DNA of 62,197 nt, counting the filler, from Jimgerdemannia flammicorona (taxonomy: Eukaryota), in NCBI GenBank assembly GCA_003990765.1. It is 3 parts of 3 records of this genome, joined end to end, with 100 filler letters (N's around TTAATTAATTAA, not from the genome) between each part and the next. Parts side by side here need not be neighbours in the genome. Positions count along the whole stretch, not along the records: positions 41,534 to 62,197 come from RBNJ01001623.1; 2 more parts are not named here. The stretch is one strand, 5' to 3'. Below the pieces are notes generated by a model. It saw nothing but the letters and a program-made list of their open reading frames with translations, ran no database searches and was not told the origin of the DNA. Numbering within the stretch: the first letter of the stretch is position 1; every line of letters starts with the position of its first letter. The position numbers and the translations under genes were made by a program. Below are positions 48,279-60,068 of the stretch, in pieces.

Positions 48279-49345
48279 TATCTTTCTCTGGTATAATTCA
48301 CATTATAAAAACTTTAAGCAATATTTTTCAACAAAACTTAGAGAAAAGATACTAGCAATATATTATTAAGCAAGAGTTCCAACAGGCATACTGGGTCAGA
48401 TATATCTGGAGCATTCAGCTGGCAGTATGTAGAGAGAAGTTATGGCCTGGAGATTGGTACTTTGGAGGTATGAATAGTGGAGAGGGGTCTGGAGGGCAAC
48501 TGGTGTCTGGTGGGAATTGAGATAGAGCTGGGCCCCCAAGTTTTGCTGACAAGGTAAAGGGGAGTAGATGGCCAGCAGGTGCTCAGGCTGACATACCTGA
48601 GGGGAAAGATAAGATTACTCTAGGGAGGACAGAAGGTTCTTTATCCAGGGGAGCAAGTGTAGGGGCAGTAGGAGCTGTGGCTGGGGTAGTGCTTTGCAAA
48701 CCCGACCCAATTAACCCAAAACCCAATCTGTAAAACAGCCAACCCAGAATTAGACATCACCCATCTTTAACCCAACCCAGAATTATATATCACCCATCTT
48801 TAACCTGACTCAGAATTATACATCACCTATCTTTAACCCAACTCAGAATTATATGTCACCTGTCTTTAATCTGACCTGGAAAGATATATTACCCATCTTT
48901 AACCTGACCTGAAATTAAACATAACCCATCTTTAATCTAACCTGGAAATATACATTACCTGACCTATTATTTACCCTTAACCCAAACCTGAACCTGACCC
49001 CTGAACTCGACCCTGAACCCAACCCTCTGAACTCTGCTCTGAAAAAATGATTCAGATAATATTTGGATAATATTCAGAGCAATTAGAAGTGAAAAATATC
49101 TGATGACTACTAAGAATCCAAATACATATATGCACAAATTGTATTTATATACAAGCTGTTTTGATGTTCAGTCACCAGCTCACCAGCAATAGAAAAAAAT
49201 ACATTCAGATAGAACAGATGTCACCAAAATAGCAAGATAATCATGAGCCATTTGTGAAAGATTAGGATATACTGACTGATTTCACCACTACAAATCCAGT
49301 ATATCTATACAAGAATCAGCTGGATTCTCTGACAAATAACTGAAA

Positions 49346-51390
49346 TCAAGAAATATGAGTAAAAATTAACCAAGCCAACCAAAAAACATAAAAACAACAC
49401 CCATCATTCAAGCTCATCATCCACATCAACATGCTGTTTCTTCTCATATATTGAGTTGATAAAATCATTGGCATCATAGGATATTGAGGGTATAATGATA
49501 GCATTAACAGGCTTATACTCCTTTTCTCAGATATGTTCCATCTGATTCTTCCATTCATCAATTAAGGATTTTTTCCATTATTTATAATAGAAATAATGCA
49601 TGTTGATACATAGATCTAAGGCCGAAGCTACATATGCTGATAATGGTGTCATCTTGCAGTAATACTTTAGAAGTTTCATATATATATTCTCAGCAGCAGT
49701 AAGCATTATCTATAAAAAATAAAAAATAAATAGAAATATACACATATTACTTCCCAATTACTTACTAAATTAGATCCTAAATTCACAAAAAAATTACTTT
49801 CAAAATCATATATATATCTGATTAAAATGTTCACCAGTTTGATATATATTGATGACATCTTTGAGGTGATCACATAGCCAATTAAATAGTGAGATAACAG
49901 CTGCTATTGTAGGATACTTTGAAGCTGACATCACAGTTATCACTTTGGCAAAAGGCTTGAGAAATCAGCAAATCAATTAAAATTATTACCATGCATCTTC
50001 AGATATATTGCTCATTTGCTTATCCATGGCACACAATATATCCAAGCTCTATTTGGATATAATATCAATTTATTTAGTACCAAAATACTTCCAAATCATA
50101 TTCAAAATCTTACCTTATGAATCTTTAGAGCACATACTAACATTTCATATATAGAACTCCATCTCATCATAACATCTAAGAGAGGCTTCAAAATGGGAAT
50201 TCCAGAGGATTCACAGACCTTTGCTAGTTGTGCTTATCATTGTGCTGAATTTTTGATCTTCTTTATCAACTCCCATAGCTTTCCAATAGGCTTGCTAAGA
50301 GAACCAAGAGCATCATTAATGATGAGATTCAATATATGTCTGAAACAGTATACATGAGCAAGTGGATGATGGAGATTCTCAAACAGAGTATTGTTGTTAC
50401 TGGTATTGTTACACACAATAACAATGATTTGATTGTCACTAGGCAATAAATCATCTATTACCAGCTCCAGACGTTTTACAAAATTGGTACCTGTGTGTGT
50501 TATTTCACTGATATTCACAAAGTCTAAGATAATGTCATGCATCTTCCAATCACTGTCAATCCAATAGGCTGTTATTCCAAGAAAGCCTTGATGTTAATAT
50601 CTGATGTCCAACAATTAAGTGTAAGTGACACCTTTGACTTGAGTCCTACTAGCCTTGCTTTTACTTGAGTCTGTAATAGTTCAAATTTCTTTCCAATAAC
50701 TCATGAAATCATATCAGCCAATAGAAGGGCCAGATCAGGGCATAATATGTAAAGGAGATACTTGAAGCCAGTATTTTCAATAGTGGAGAATGGCTGATAT
50801 CAAGTGACAATAAAGTTGGCAATTAACTGATGGAAATTTTCATTACTTAAAGTCTTGCTAGTATGTTCCTATTTGTAATAATAAAATTTGATGAATTATT
50901 TTTCTAATAATCTCCTAAGTACTTTCTGAATTCCATTCTATCCATACTTATAATATTATCTTTCTTAGACCAGCAAGGATTCTCAGCACACTGGAGAGGT
51001 AAGAGCATGGCATTGTAATGCTTCCAGAGATGTCATCCTTTGATAAATAGCTCCAAGTTGTGCAATGGTTGCAACTGATGAGCTTACTTTGTAAATTCTA
51101 TTTTAATAGAGAGATATGAGACTATATTAGAACCTCAACCACTTACAACTGACCACTCTTATGACTGACCTGATGAGACCAACTACCTCTATGAATGCAA
51201 CTATTAGCACAATGTATAAAACTATCTTTGTAGTATGATTTCACACCCAGCTATCACTATGTTTTGTTTTTAGTTTTATTCTCATATGGTGATAACAAAC
51301 TAGTGGAGATATCTTATATATCATCTGATATATCCTCTAATATGTCATCCAATAGTTCTGAGATTTCTCCTAAATGTACTTCTTGATCTT
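49346..51390 (-). pseudogene. Degenerate hAT transposase
   Basis: LTLNCWTS, GFLGITAYWIDSDW, ILDF...HTGTN, CNNTSNN and CFRHILNL motifs. Confidence 0.85.
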
Positions 51391-52687
51391 TAGACATTTC
51401 GAAAAGTGTTTGATGATGGTGGGGACTGAGAGCTTGAGTGGGAGGCCAAGAGCTGGAAAGTGGCTAGGAAGTGGTGAGCTAGAAAGTGGTGAACTGGGAA
51501 ACGAGCAGGGTGGGCAGTAAACTAGGGGGCAGAGAGTTGGGGGGAGGCAGTGAGTGGCGGGGAAAGCCAGGGAGCTGGGGGGCAGTGAGATGGAGAGTAA
51601 CAAGATAGTGGCATAAGATACAATAGCCAATGATCAATTGTGGACAGAGGATAGATGAATAAATATGCATGGGTAGTGAACTGGTACCCATCATACAACT
51701 GCAAACAGCAAACATACTTTGGAGATTCAGCATGTTCTGCATAAGCCCCAATTGAGCATGGTTTGTAATGACATTTGAACGAGATTTGTGGTACGTTTGA
51801 GTGAGATTTGCAGCAAGGTTTAAGCAAGATTTGCAAGTAAGATTAAAGTGAGATTTGCATAAGCCAGGCTTTGCCTTGCACTTGCAAGCCTGGACAAGCT
51901 CAGTCACAAGCTGATATGATATGTATATAAGCTGATATCATGTAATATCAGCTATTGGCTAAGCTTGTAAGCACAAGGCTTACAAAGCCTGGCTTATTCA
52001 AATCTCACTTTAATCTTACTTGCAAATCTCACTCCAACCTTGCTCCAAATCTTGCTACAAATTTCGCTCAAATGCACCACAAACCTTGTTTAAACATTAT
52101 TGCAAACCTTGCTCAATCAGGGCTTACACAGAACCAGCTGAATTATACAGAGAGAAGTGGAATGCAGTGAGGAAAGCTCTGGATTGCAAACATAAGTATA
52201 AGTATAAGTATAAGCTTTGCTCTGCTCAGTCTAATAAGCTGATAATAAGCTGATACCATGTGATATCAGCTATCAGCTGAGTGGAGCAAAGCTTGTGTGC
52301 TTATGCTTACAATCTGGAGCTTTCCTCACTGTGTTCCACTCCTCTTACATTCCACTCCTCTTGTACAACCCTCATGTATTCCTCCATCTCCCTCACCCTC
52401 ATTCTTCAGATTGCAAACAATATGCAATTTAGAAATGGGTTTTAAAAGAGATTTCAAAAAGATTCTAAAAGATTTTGAAGATATTCTGAAAGAGCTTCTG
52501 AAAGAGATTTCAGAGAGATTCTGAAAGAGCTTCTGAAAGATATTATAGCTTTTGAACATTTAAGATATTGAAAGCTTACTTTTGCCTCTCATTCTTTTTG
52601 CCTCATCCTTTGCTTCACCTCATCTTTTGCTTTACCTTGTCTTTCACTTTGCCTCATCCTTCACTTCACCTCACTTAATTCACTGCT

Positions 52688-53982
52688 ATGTTGAGAAAAC
52701 ATGGATATGACCACCTGGCCAATAAGTATTTACTTGGCCCCCCTCAAGCTCAATATACTTCAGCTCACTATCCCAAAGCTCAGTGCCCTAAAGGTGCCCA
52801 GCTTGCTGATACTCAGCCTGCTGAGCTAGCCAACACCCAGCCTGCCAAGCTTGTCAACACCCAGCCTGCTGAGCTTGCCAACACCCAGGTTTCCAAGCTT
52901 GCCAACTCCCAGCTCACTGACCCACAGCTCCCCAATCTCCAGCTTGACCACCAGCTCACCACTAGTCAGCAAGCATAAGATCTCCTACCAGATCCCAATA
53001 ACATAGCTTAAAAAAGTTAGTTTTTTTTTTAAATCAATGTCCAAATTTTTTTCCTAATAATATTTGAAATATATATATCCTCCAGCTTCTAAACCTGGGC
53101 CAAAGTGCAAATCTTGCTACAATTGCCATTTTTGCCATCAAGTTTGCCCAAGCATCATCTGGAAGCATTACCAAACCAATTTCCTGAATGCCCCAAACCT
53201 CACAGAGAAAAGGCCTTATAATTCGGACATTAGGCATGCTTTCACTGCAGCCAATAAACACATTAAGAAAGTACATGATGACCAACTGAGGCAAGAAGTC
53301 ATAAGAGCAATAAAAAACCATGCAAAAATCATAGAATATTTATCATACCACACTGGCTTCAAGGTGAATGCCAAAGTGTGGAATAAGTGAGAGTGTTCAG
53401 ATAGAATTGTCATCATGGATGAATACAAAAAACTGCTGATCATATTTGAATAAGTACTGGTGAAGAACAACAAAATACTTTATATATGACTGATGGATGG
53501 TAGGCTTGTGTATTTTGTTGAGGGGGGTGGTGGTGGAGGAGATAGAGAGGTGGGAGAGGTCAGTGCCAGTGGAGGGATTAGTGCCACTAGAGAGATCAGT
53601 GGAGAGGTTGACATGGGGGAGGTCAGTGTGGGGGAGGTTGGCGCAGAGGAACATGGGGAGGTTGGTACAGAGGAGGTCAGTGTGGGAGAGGTCAGTATGG
53701 AGGAACATGGGGAGGTCAGTGTGGGGGAGCTTGGTGTAGAGGAACATGGAGAGGTCAGTGCAGGGGAGGTTGGTGTGGAGAAATATAGGGAGGTCAGTGT
53801 GGAGGAACACAGAGAGGTCAGCATAGAGGATGAAATAGAGATTGGCACAAAGGAGGTTAGAACAGTAGAGGATATGAAGGAGGAGAATATAGAGGAAAGT
53901 GGTTTGGAATATATGGAGGAAGATGGTTTGGAATATGAGAAAGAGGAAGATCAGTTGGTTTATACATAGCAATAAAGAGTAA
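52688..53982 (+). pseudogene. Second, divergently oriented ORF within the hAT element (Cys cluster plus acidic GEVSVEEH-repeat tail)
   Basis: ORF-track segments 53064-53390 and 53493-53969 share a frame separated by a few stops; upstream (PAELANTQ)n segment at 52688-52978. Confidence 0.5.
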
Positions 53983-56900
53983 GATCTGTTTACACTGGTA
54001 AGTTCTTTATTTTTCTGATTTACTTCCTATTTATTTTCGATTTCATTTTGATTTCTGATTCCTAATTATGTTTCTGTTTGTTTATTCTAAATATATATCT
54101 TAGATGTGCAATATATTTTTTTTGGTATCTTGTAGCTTAAAGGCAGATTAAAGATGGGTCTGTGTTAGGTTAAATATGGGTCAGGGTTGGGTCATGTATA
54201 TTTCTTGGGTTGGGTTAAAGATGGATTATATACAATTCTGGGTTGGGTTAAAGATGAGTAACAAATAATTCTGAGTCAGATTAAAGATGGGTGATATATA
54301 ATTCCAGGTTAGGTTAAAGATGGGTGATATATATTTCTGGTTTGGGTTAAAGATGGGTGATCTATAATTCTGAGTTGGGTTAAATATGTACACAGGTCAG
54401 CTTGGGTTGCAATGCACTAGGCTGGGGACAGTAGTGTGACTACTGATTGAGATATAATGGGAAATCTGAAAAAAAAAAAAGATGTGATGACTGATAGTGG
54501 TAATATACAGGGGGACTATAAGGGGCAGAGAAATCTGGCTAATAGTGTGATGGGCCTGGTGGTGGCCCCATTACTCAAGAAATTGATCTCAGAGTTTGTG
54601 GTCATTTGTACTTCTGGAGCTTAGCAGTAATGGCAAAGATTGTCCTGGAACTGATCTTGAAGCAGATGGCTGAAGCTGCCTCAGTGAAGTTCCTGAAGGG
54701 GCTTGAGAGAGTAGAGGTGGGCTTTGAGAAGGCTACTCTCTTGGAGGAAGCATTGAAGGCAGGACTGACTGTAGGTGAGATAGTGGTTCCAATGACTTGC
54801 TGTCTAAGGTGAGACCTCAGAGTGGTCTAGCTACTAGTAAAGAGAGTGTCTATAGTGATGATTATTGAGACAAGGAGGCAGATAGAGGAGGTTATGATAG
54901 AGTATAGTGAGATGGTTGATATTGGTTTTCAGGTCTGGGAGAGGACTTCATTCAGGACAGAGGATGTGGATATCAGACTCAGGCTAGCTGGGAAGGAGGC
55001 TACAGGGAAGCTGTGAGACTGGCTCTCTATTTTGATGTGGGGTGCATTTATCTGCAAGATAATGAGAGTGAAGTAGAGTATAGAGGGGAGGAGGATCTGG
55101 TAGAGGCACTGGAGGAGCTCAGTGGGGTGATGGAGTGGCAGACCAAGGCTTAGCAGACATATGTAGACTTGATACACTTGGAGGTAGTGTATGAAAAGTG
55201 CATTCAGGTAGAAAAGGAGCAGTGAGAGATGGCTCAGGGGCATAAGCAGTAGAGGAAGTTGCTGGATAGTTTGTAGGAGAAGGAGAAAGAGAAAGAGAAG
55301 GATTTATTCAGTTCTGAGAGGGCTGTAGGGGTGTATGAGAGAGTGTCTGGGCAGATGAGGTGGTGGAGAGGAGTACAAAGCCTGTGAGAGGGAGTTGAGA
55401 GGTGAGAGATCAGACTCTCTATAATGATAGCATGCTGGAGATATGGAAAGAGAGTGAGGATATAGAAGGGTGATCTGGAGTTGTACAGCCAAAGACTGGT
55501 GAGGATGTGGAGATGTTGGGGACTTGCCATGTTCGATTTGGGGTGCCTGAGTTGACAAGTGGGGGACAGGTGATTGAGGTTGGAGAGAATGAGCTGGTGG
55601 ATATTTCTGAGGAGGAGTGGAATAATTCTCTGAGTGCTGGGACAGATGTGGTGATACTGGGGGCAGGCCAACCAGTGACCCCTGGGGGCAAGAAGGTTGG
55701 GGACTTACAGTAGATGTGCTGGGTGATGAATAACTTAGGAGTTGAGAAGTTGGGGGATGTAACCTTACAAGTCATCAGCAAGGAGCACTGGGCAAGAGTG
55801 CTGAGGGGAGATGGTATTGTGGAGGCCCTGGCAATTGAGGTGCTAGCAGTGTTCCTGGATGAGGTGGATGAGGCATAGAAGGCTGAGATGGCAGTGGCTA
55901 CTAGTGAGCATGCTGTCTTTTGGTTAGAGCAGAGACATGGACTGAAAATCTGGCAAGGGGCTTGCTGGAGTACTGAGAGGAGATGGAGTTGAAGAATGAT
56001 GCAGCAATAGATGAGCTTTTGGTTTGACTGAAAGCTAAGCAGATTGAGGGGATAGAGGCTGCTGCAGAACATAGATTGGACTTGGCTAGAGAGGAGATTA
56101 ATATGGAGTTGTGAAGAGAATACTTCTATTTTAATATTCTTTCCTATAAACAGGACAACTAATATTTTTTCATTGAATGTAAATGGCTTGAGGGGCACTG
56201 AGAGGAGATATAACATTTTTACTTGACTAAAGAGATTGGATGCAGATCTCTTTCTTCTATAGGATATATAATGTGAGGAGGACTTTGATCAACTAGAGTA
56301 GACTAGAGAATGGGAAGGAGCAGTAGCTTGGAATAGCAAGGTTGGGATACTGATACAGAAAGAGTAAAGTGAAATATATGATAGCAGAAATTGGGGGGAT
56401 TGGCTGGTTTGGAGTAAATGGCAGCAGCCAGGGTGGGAGATAATTGTGGTTAGATCTTGTTATTGTCCTACAGTTAGGAGTAAGCAGGTGGATTTGATTG
56501 CTGGTCTTTTGGATATTGAAGTGCTCATGGAGGCTGGATTGAATATACTTGGAGGAGACTTAAATATGGTTTGTATGCAACAGTTGGACAGGACAGATAT
56601 AGGGAGGAATATAGGGGGGAGAAGTGGCAGCTTGGAGAGTTGGGAGGAGGTGGAGCAAATTGAGTCCTTAGTGGATACTGGTCAAGCAAAGTGGTGAGAT
56701 AGGAGGCTCTATACTCATTGGGTGGGTGGTCTTGGAACTAGGATTGACTGGGTGCTGACAGCCAATTGCTGGGTTCTGAATGTCTGGAAGTCTCTAGAGA
56801 TTGAGTGGTGTCTATGATCAGATCATTATAGATTGCTGGGATATGGTACATTTGGAGAAAGTGGAGATGGGTCTGGATATTAGTGCCTCAATTCCTCTTT

Positions 56901-59673
56901 ATTGGCTGAGAAGGGGTTATGGGATACTTAGGCTGAGGACATTGGGCAGAAAGTGGATAGTTGGGTCCAGGAGGGCACTCCAGTAGATGTTAGATGGGTG
57001 AGGTTAAAGGAGACTGCTAACGTGTACTGGAGTAAGACTGTCAAGATAGCAGGAGGACAGCAGAGGAGAAGGGTGACCTGGGCCTTTGCTAGGTTGGCCT
57101 GGCTTCAGGAGAAATGGACTGGTCTTCTGGCCTTGGAGGGGGTGGAGGATTGGAGATTGAGGCAAGCTAAGTTAGAGGTAGCTGAGTTATATATAATAGG
57201 TATTAAAGAAGGAGGAGGAGACTTTTGTGAGAGATATAACTACAAGACTATATTAGCAGAGGCTTGAGAAAGAGGAGAGGCCTTCTAAGTATCTCTCAAG
57301 ACTTCTTCAGATAAGGATAGTAAGGCAGTGATGAGAAGGAGTTCTGGATACTGATGGTCTGCTGGTCTATAGTTCATAAAAAATTTTAAACTCACTGAAG
57401 GAGAGGTGGAGTGGGCTATAGAGGGTGGGGCTGATACTGATGCTATTGAACATACTTTGGATGATTGGCATCCACCCCAGGTAGATGAGCTTGACAGTTT
57501 GGTATTACCAGTCCAGAAGGAGGAGATTCATCAGATTCTTGCTGCAACTAAGCTGGGCACTGCACCAGATAAAGATGGTCTGCTATGGGACTTCTGGAAG
57601 AAGATAGTAGAAGTCCCTGGGGTGCTAGAAGAGATGATAGCACTTTGTGACTTAGTATTATAGTCAGGAAAGTGAGTTAGAGGATAGGATCTGGAGCTGG
57701 TAGCATTGCTTTATAAGGACAAGAGCAGGAGGGAGGATTGGATAATTTGGCAGCCAATTATGCTCCTAGATATAAACAGAAAGATAGTTACCAAGATAGT
57801 TCTTATAAGGCTACAGAAGGTGGCCCAGCAGCTATTGGGTGAGGAGCAATGTGTATTTGTTAGGGGCCAGCTCATTCAGGATAGCACAGCTTGGGTTTAT
57901 AGTATCATTGAAGGGGCTCAAGCCTGTGGGCTGAATAGTAGATTGGTCTTTTTGGATCAGGAGAAGGCCTATGATCATGTCCAATGGGTCTGGTTGGTGA
58001 GAGTGCTGGATAGGATTGGAGTCTCTTGGCAGTTCTATGTATTAATGATCAGTCTACTGGAAGGGAGTAGGGCAGCACTCATGTGCAATAGTTATTAGGA
58101 GGTGGTGTTCTCTCCGTGGAGGAATATTCCCCAGGGAGATCCACTTTCTCCTATTTTGTATACTCTATCTTAGGAACTATTGATGGATAGGAATTATCAC
58201 AAAGTGGTGGAGCTCTTGGTATTTGGAATTGTCTGGAAGGTTGAGGCCTTTATAGATGACATATTGGTTAGTCTTGGATCAATTTCAGATGTAAGAAAAT
58301 GTCAGGAAACAGTGGAGTAGTATGAGGCACACTCTAGGGTAAAACTCAACTAGTACAATTGTGAAATAATAGTGTTGAACAATGGTCTGGTGTGAGGAGA
58401 TGTCATTGGATCAATTTTTCCCACTAGAGATGCTGTGAGATACTTGGGCATTTCTCTTTCAGTCTATAGGTCAGTCCTAACTAGAACTTGGTGAGAGCAG
58501 TGAGTGGTTATTTAGGGTGATGCCCTGTGGAGCTGGGGTGGCTGGTACCTCTCTTTGGTGGACTATGTTTCAATTCTGAATTCTACTGGCTTCTAAAGCT
58601 GTGGTATTTGGTATATCAATTGGACTTTCCGACTTGGGTGGTGAAGAGGATTTCGAAGTTAGCCAAGGATTGGATCTGGGTTGGGAGGTAGAGTCAGGTT
58701 AGCTGGAAAATTCTGTCTTTATCAGTAGATAGAGGGGGTCTTCAGCTGGTTGGCTTTCCAAAGAGGCTGCATTGTCTGAGAGCATGGTGACTGAAGAGAG
58801 CTGTAGAACTGAGAGGTGGCAGCTGGATCTCTTTGATGCAAAAGATCTGAGAGATGAGGGTTTCTCCAAAGAGTTCCTCAGGAGATCTACTGTAATTAGT
58901 TGGTCTTAGGGGCAGTAGATACATATAATATAGGGGCTTCTAGTAGGGAGTAGTTAATAGGGCACACCATATTGGTCTTTACTAGCAGAGAGCTGAGGGA
59001 GAGATATCATGGGGCCCAGAAATATAGAGAGTGAATTAAGTATTGATAGAGGGTACTATACTAACTAACTATGATATTGGTGATGGAGTGGAGTACCAGA
59101 GAGGGTTGGGACAAGATATATGGCCTAGTTGCTGGCAGATAGCAGGTATTGGTAAAGGGTGGGACTGAGATATAGTCTTGTCCTTAATTGCTGAGATATG
59201 ATGCTGGCTGCCACCTAAGTTCTGAGTAGTATAGTGGTACCTTCTGAGGCAGAATATCATGCTTAACTTTCATTCAGATCACCTTATAGATGGCAGACAA
59301 TTTGACTGTGAGAAGTGTTATAATGTAGAGCAGAAAGGGGAGTTTGTGCAGATACCAGAACAGGCTAGGAGAGTGAGGTACTTGGAGGATTTTGGTTTGT
59401 GATTGGAGATAGATTGGGTGTTGTGAGAAGGAGAGATGATGAGAGGGGTTGCTGGGAAGATTTGAGAGATAGATTGATGGGTGGGGTTGGAAATGAGTGA
59501 CTCACTATTGGGTGGGTTTGGCTGTATGGATGGGATTGGCTGGTCACTGGTTATTTGTTTTTGAGGAGGGGCAGCAGTTGAGTTTGAGTGAGCAATTAAT
59601 GAGATGGAAAGGGCTGATGGAGGATGTTTTAATAGGTTGGTGGCTGGGGTGGAGTCTGCAAGAAGGTCATCAG

Positions 59674-60018
59674 TAGTGCTCCCAAACAAGTCGAATCAAT
59701 TCGAATCGAATCGAATTGAGGGTCTAATTTGAACCCTAATTTTCAAAATGCAATAACTCAGCATAAACTCATCCAAATCTAATGCACTTTAGCTTGTTAG
59801 AATCACATTAATACGGTGAATCTAACAAGCTAATATACATTAAATTTGGATGAGGTTTTGTCGAGTTATTACATTTTGAAAATTAAGGTTCGAATCGAAC
59901 TTCGAATTGAATTGGACCTTTGATTCGATTTGAATCAAATTGAATTGGACCCTTGATTCGATCAAATTGAATCAAGTTTGGGCCAAATTCGATTCGATTC
60001 GATTTGTTGGGAGCACTA
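59674..60018. mobile_element. 345-bp palindromic hAT-type MITE with 8-bp TSD GTCATCAG
   Basis: TIRs TAGTGCTCCCAA / TTGGGAGCACTA; TSD at 59666-59673 and 60019-60026; long internal inverted arms. Confidence 0.93.
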
Positions 60019-60068
60019 GTCATCAGTGCTACTTAGCAGAGAAGATATATGGGCCAACAGTTTAGATA

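Larger units (their letters stand above)
48687..54419 (-). mobile_element. hAT DNA transposon (5733 bp) with 8-bp TSD GGCTGGGG
   Basis: TIRs TAGTGCTTTGCAA / TTGCAATGCACTA; TSD at 48679-48686 and 54420-54427. ~30-bp subterminal repeats (CCCATCTTTAACCC) are inverted at the two ends. Confidence 0.92.
48279..60068 (+). mobile_element. Near full-length degenerate L1/Tx1-like LINE (5' end, ORF1, ORF2 APE-RT from ~56146), interrupted by a hAT element and a MITE
   Basis: APE motifs IFSLNVNGLRG, GGDLN and RIDW. RT motifs WQPIMLLDINRKI, EEQCVFVRG, LDQEKAYDHV, PQGDPLSPILY, FIDD and YLG. Confidence 0.9.

Noticed and set aside
48700..49030. TAACCC-rich repeats resembling telomeric repeats (mirror copy at 54160-54390)
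   Set aside because: They are part of ~30-bp subterminal repeats inside hAT TIRs, not tandem telomeric hexamers.
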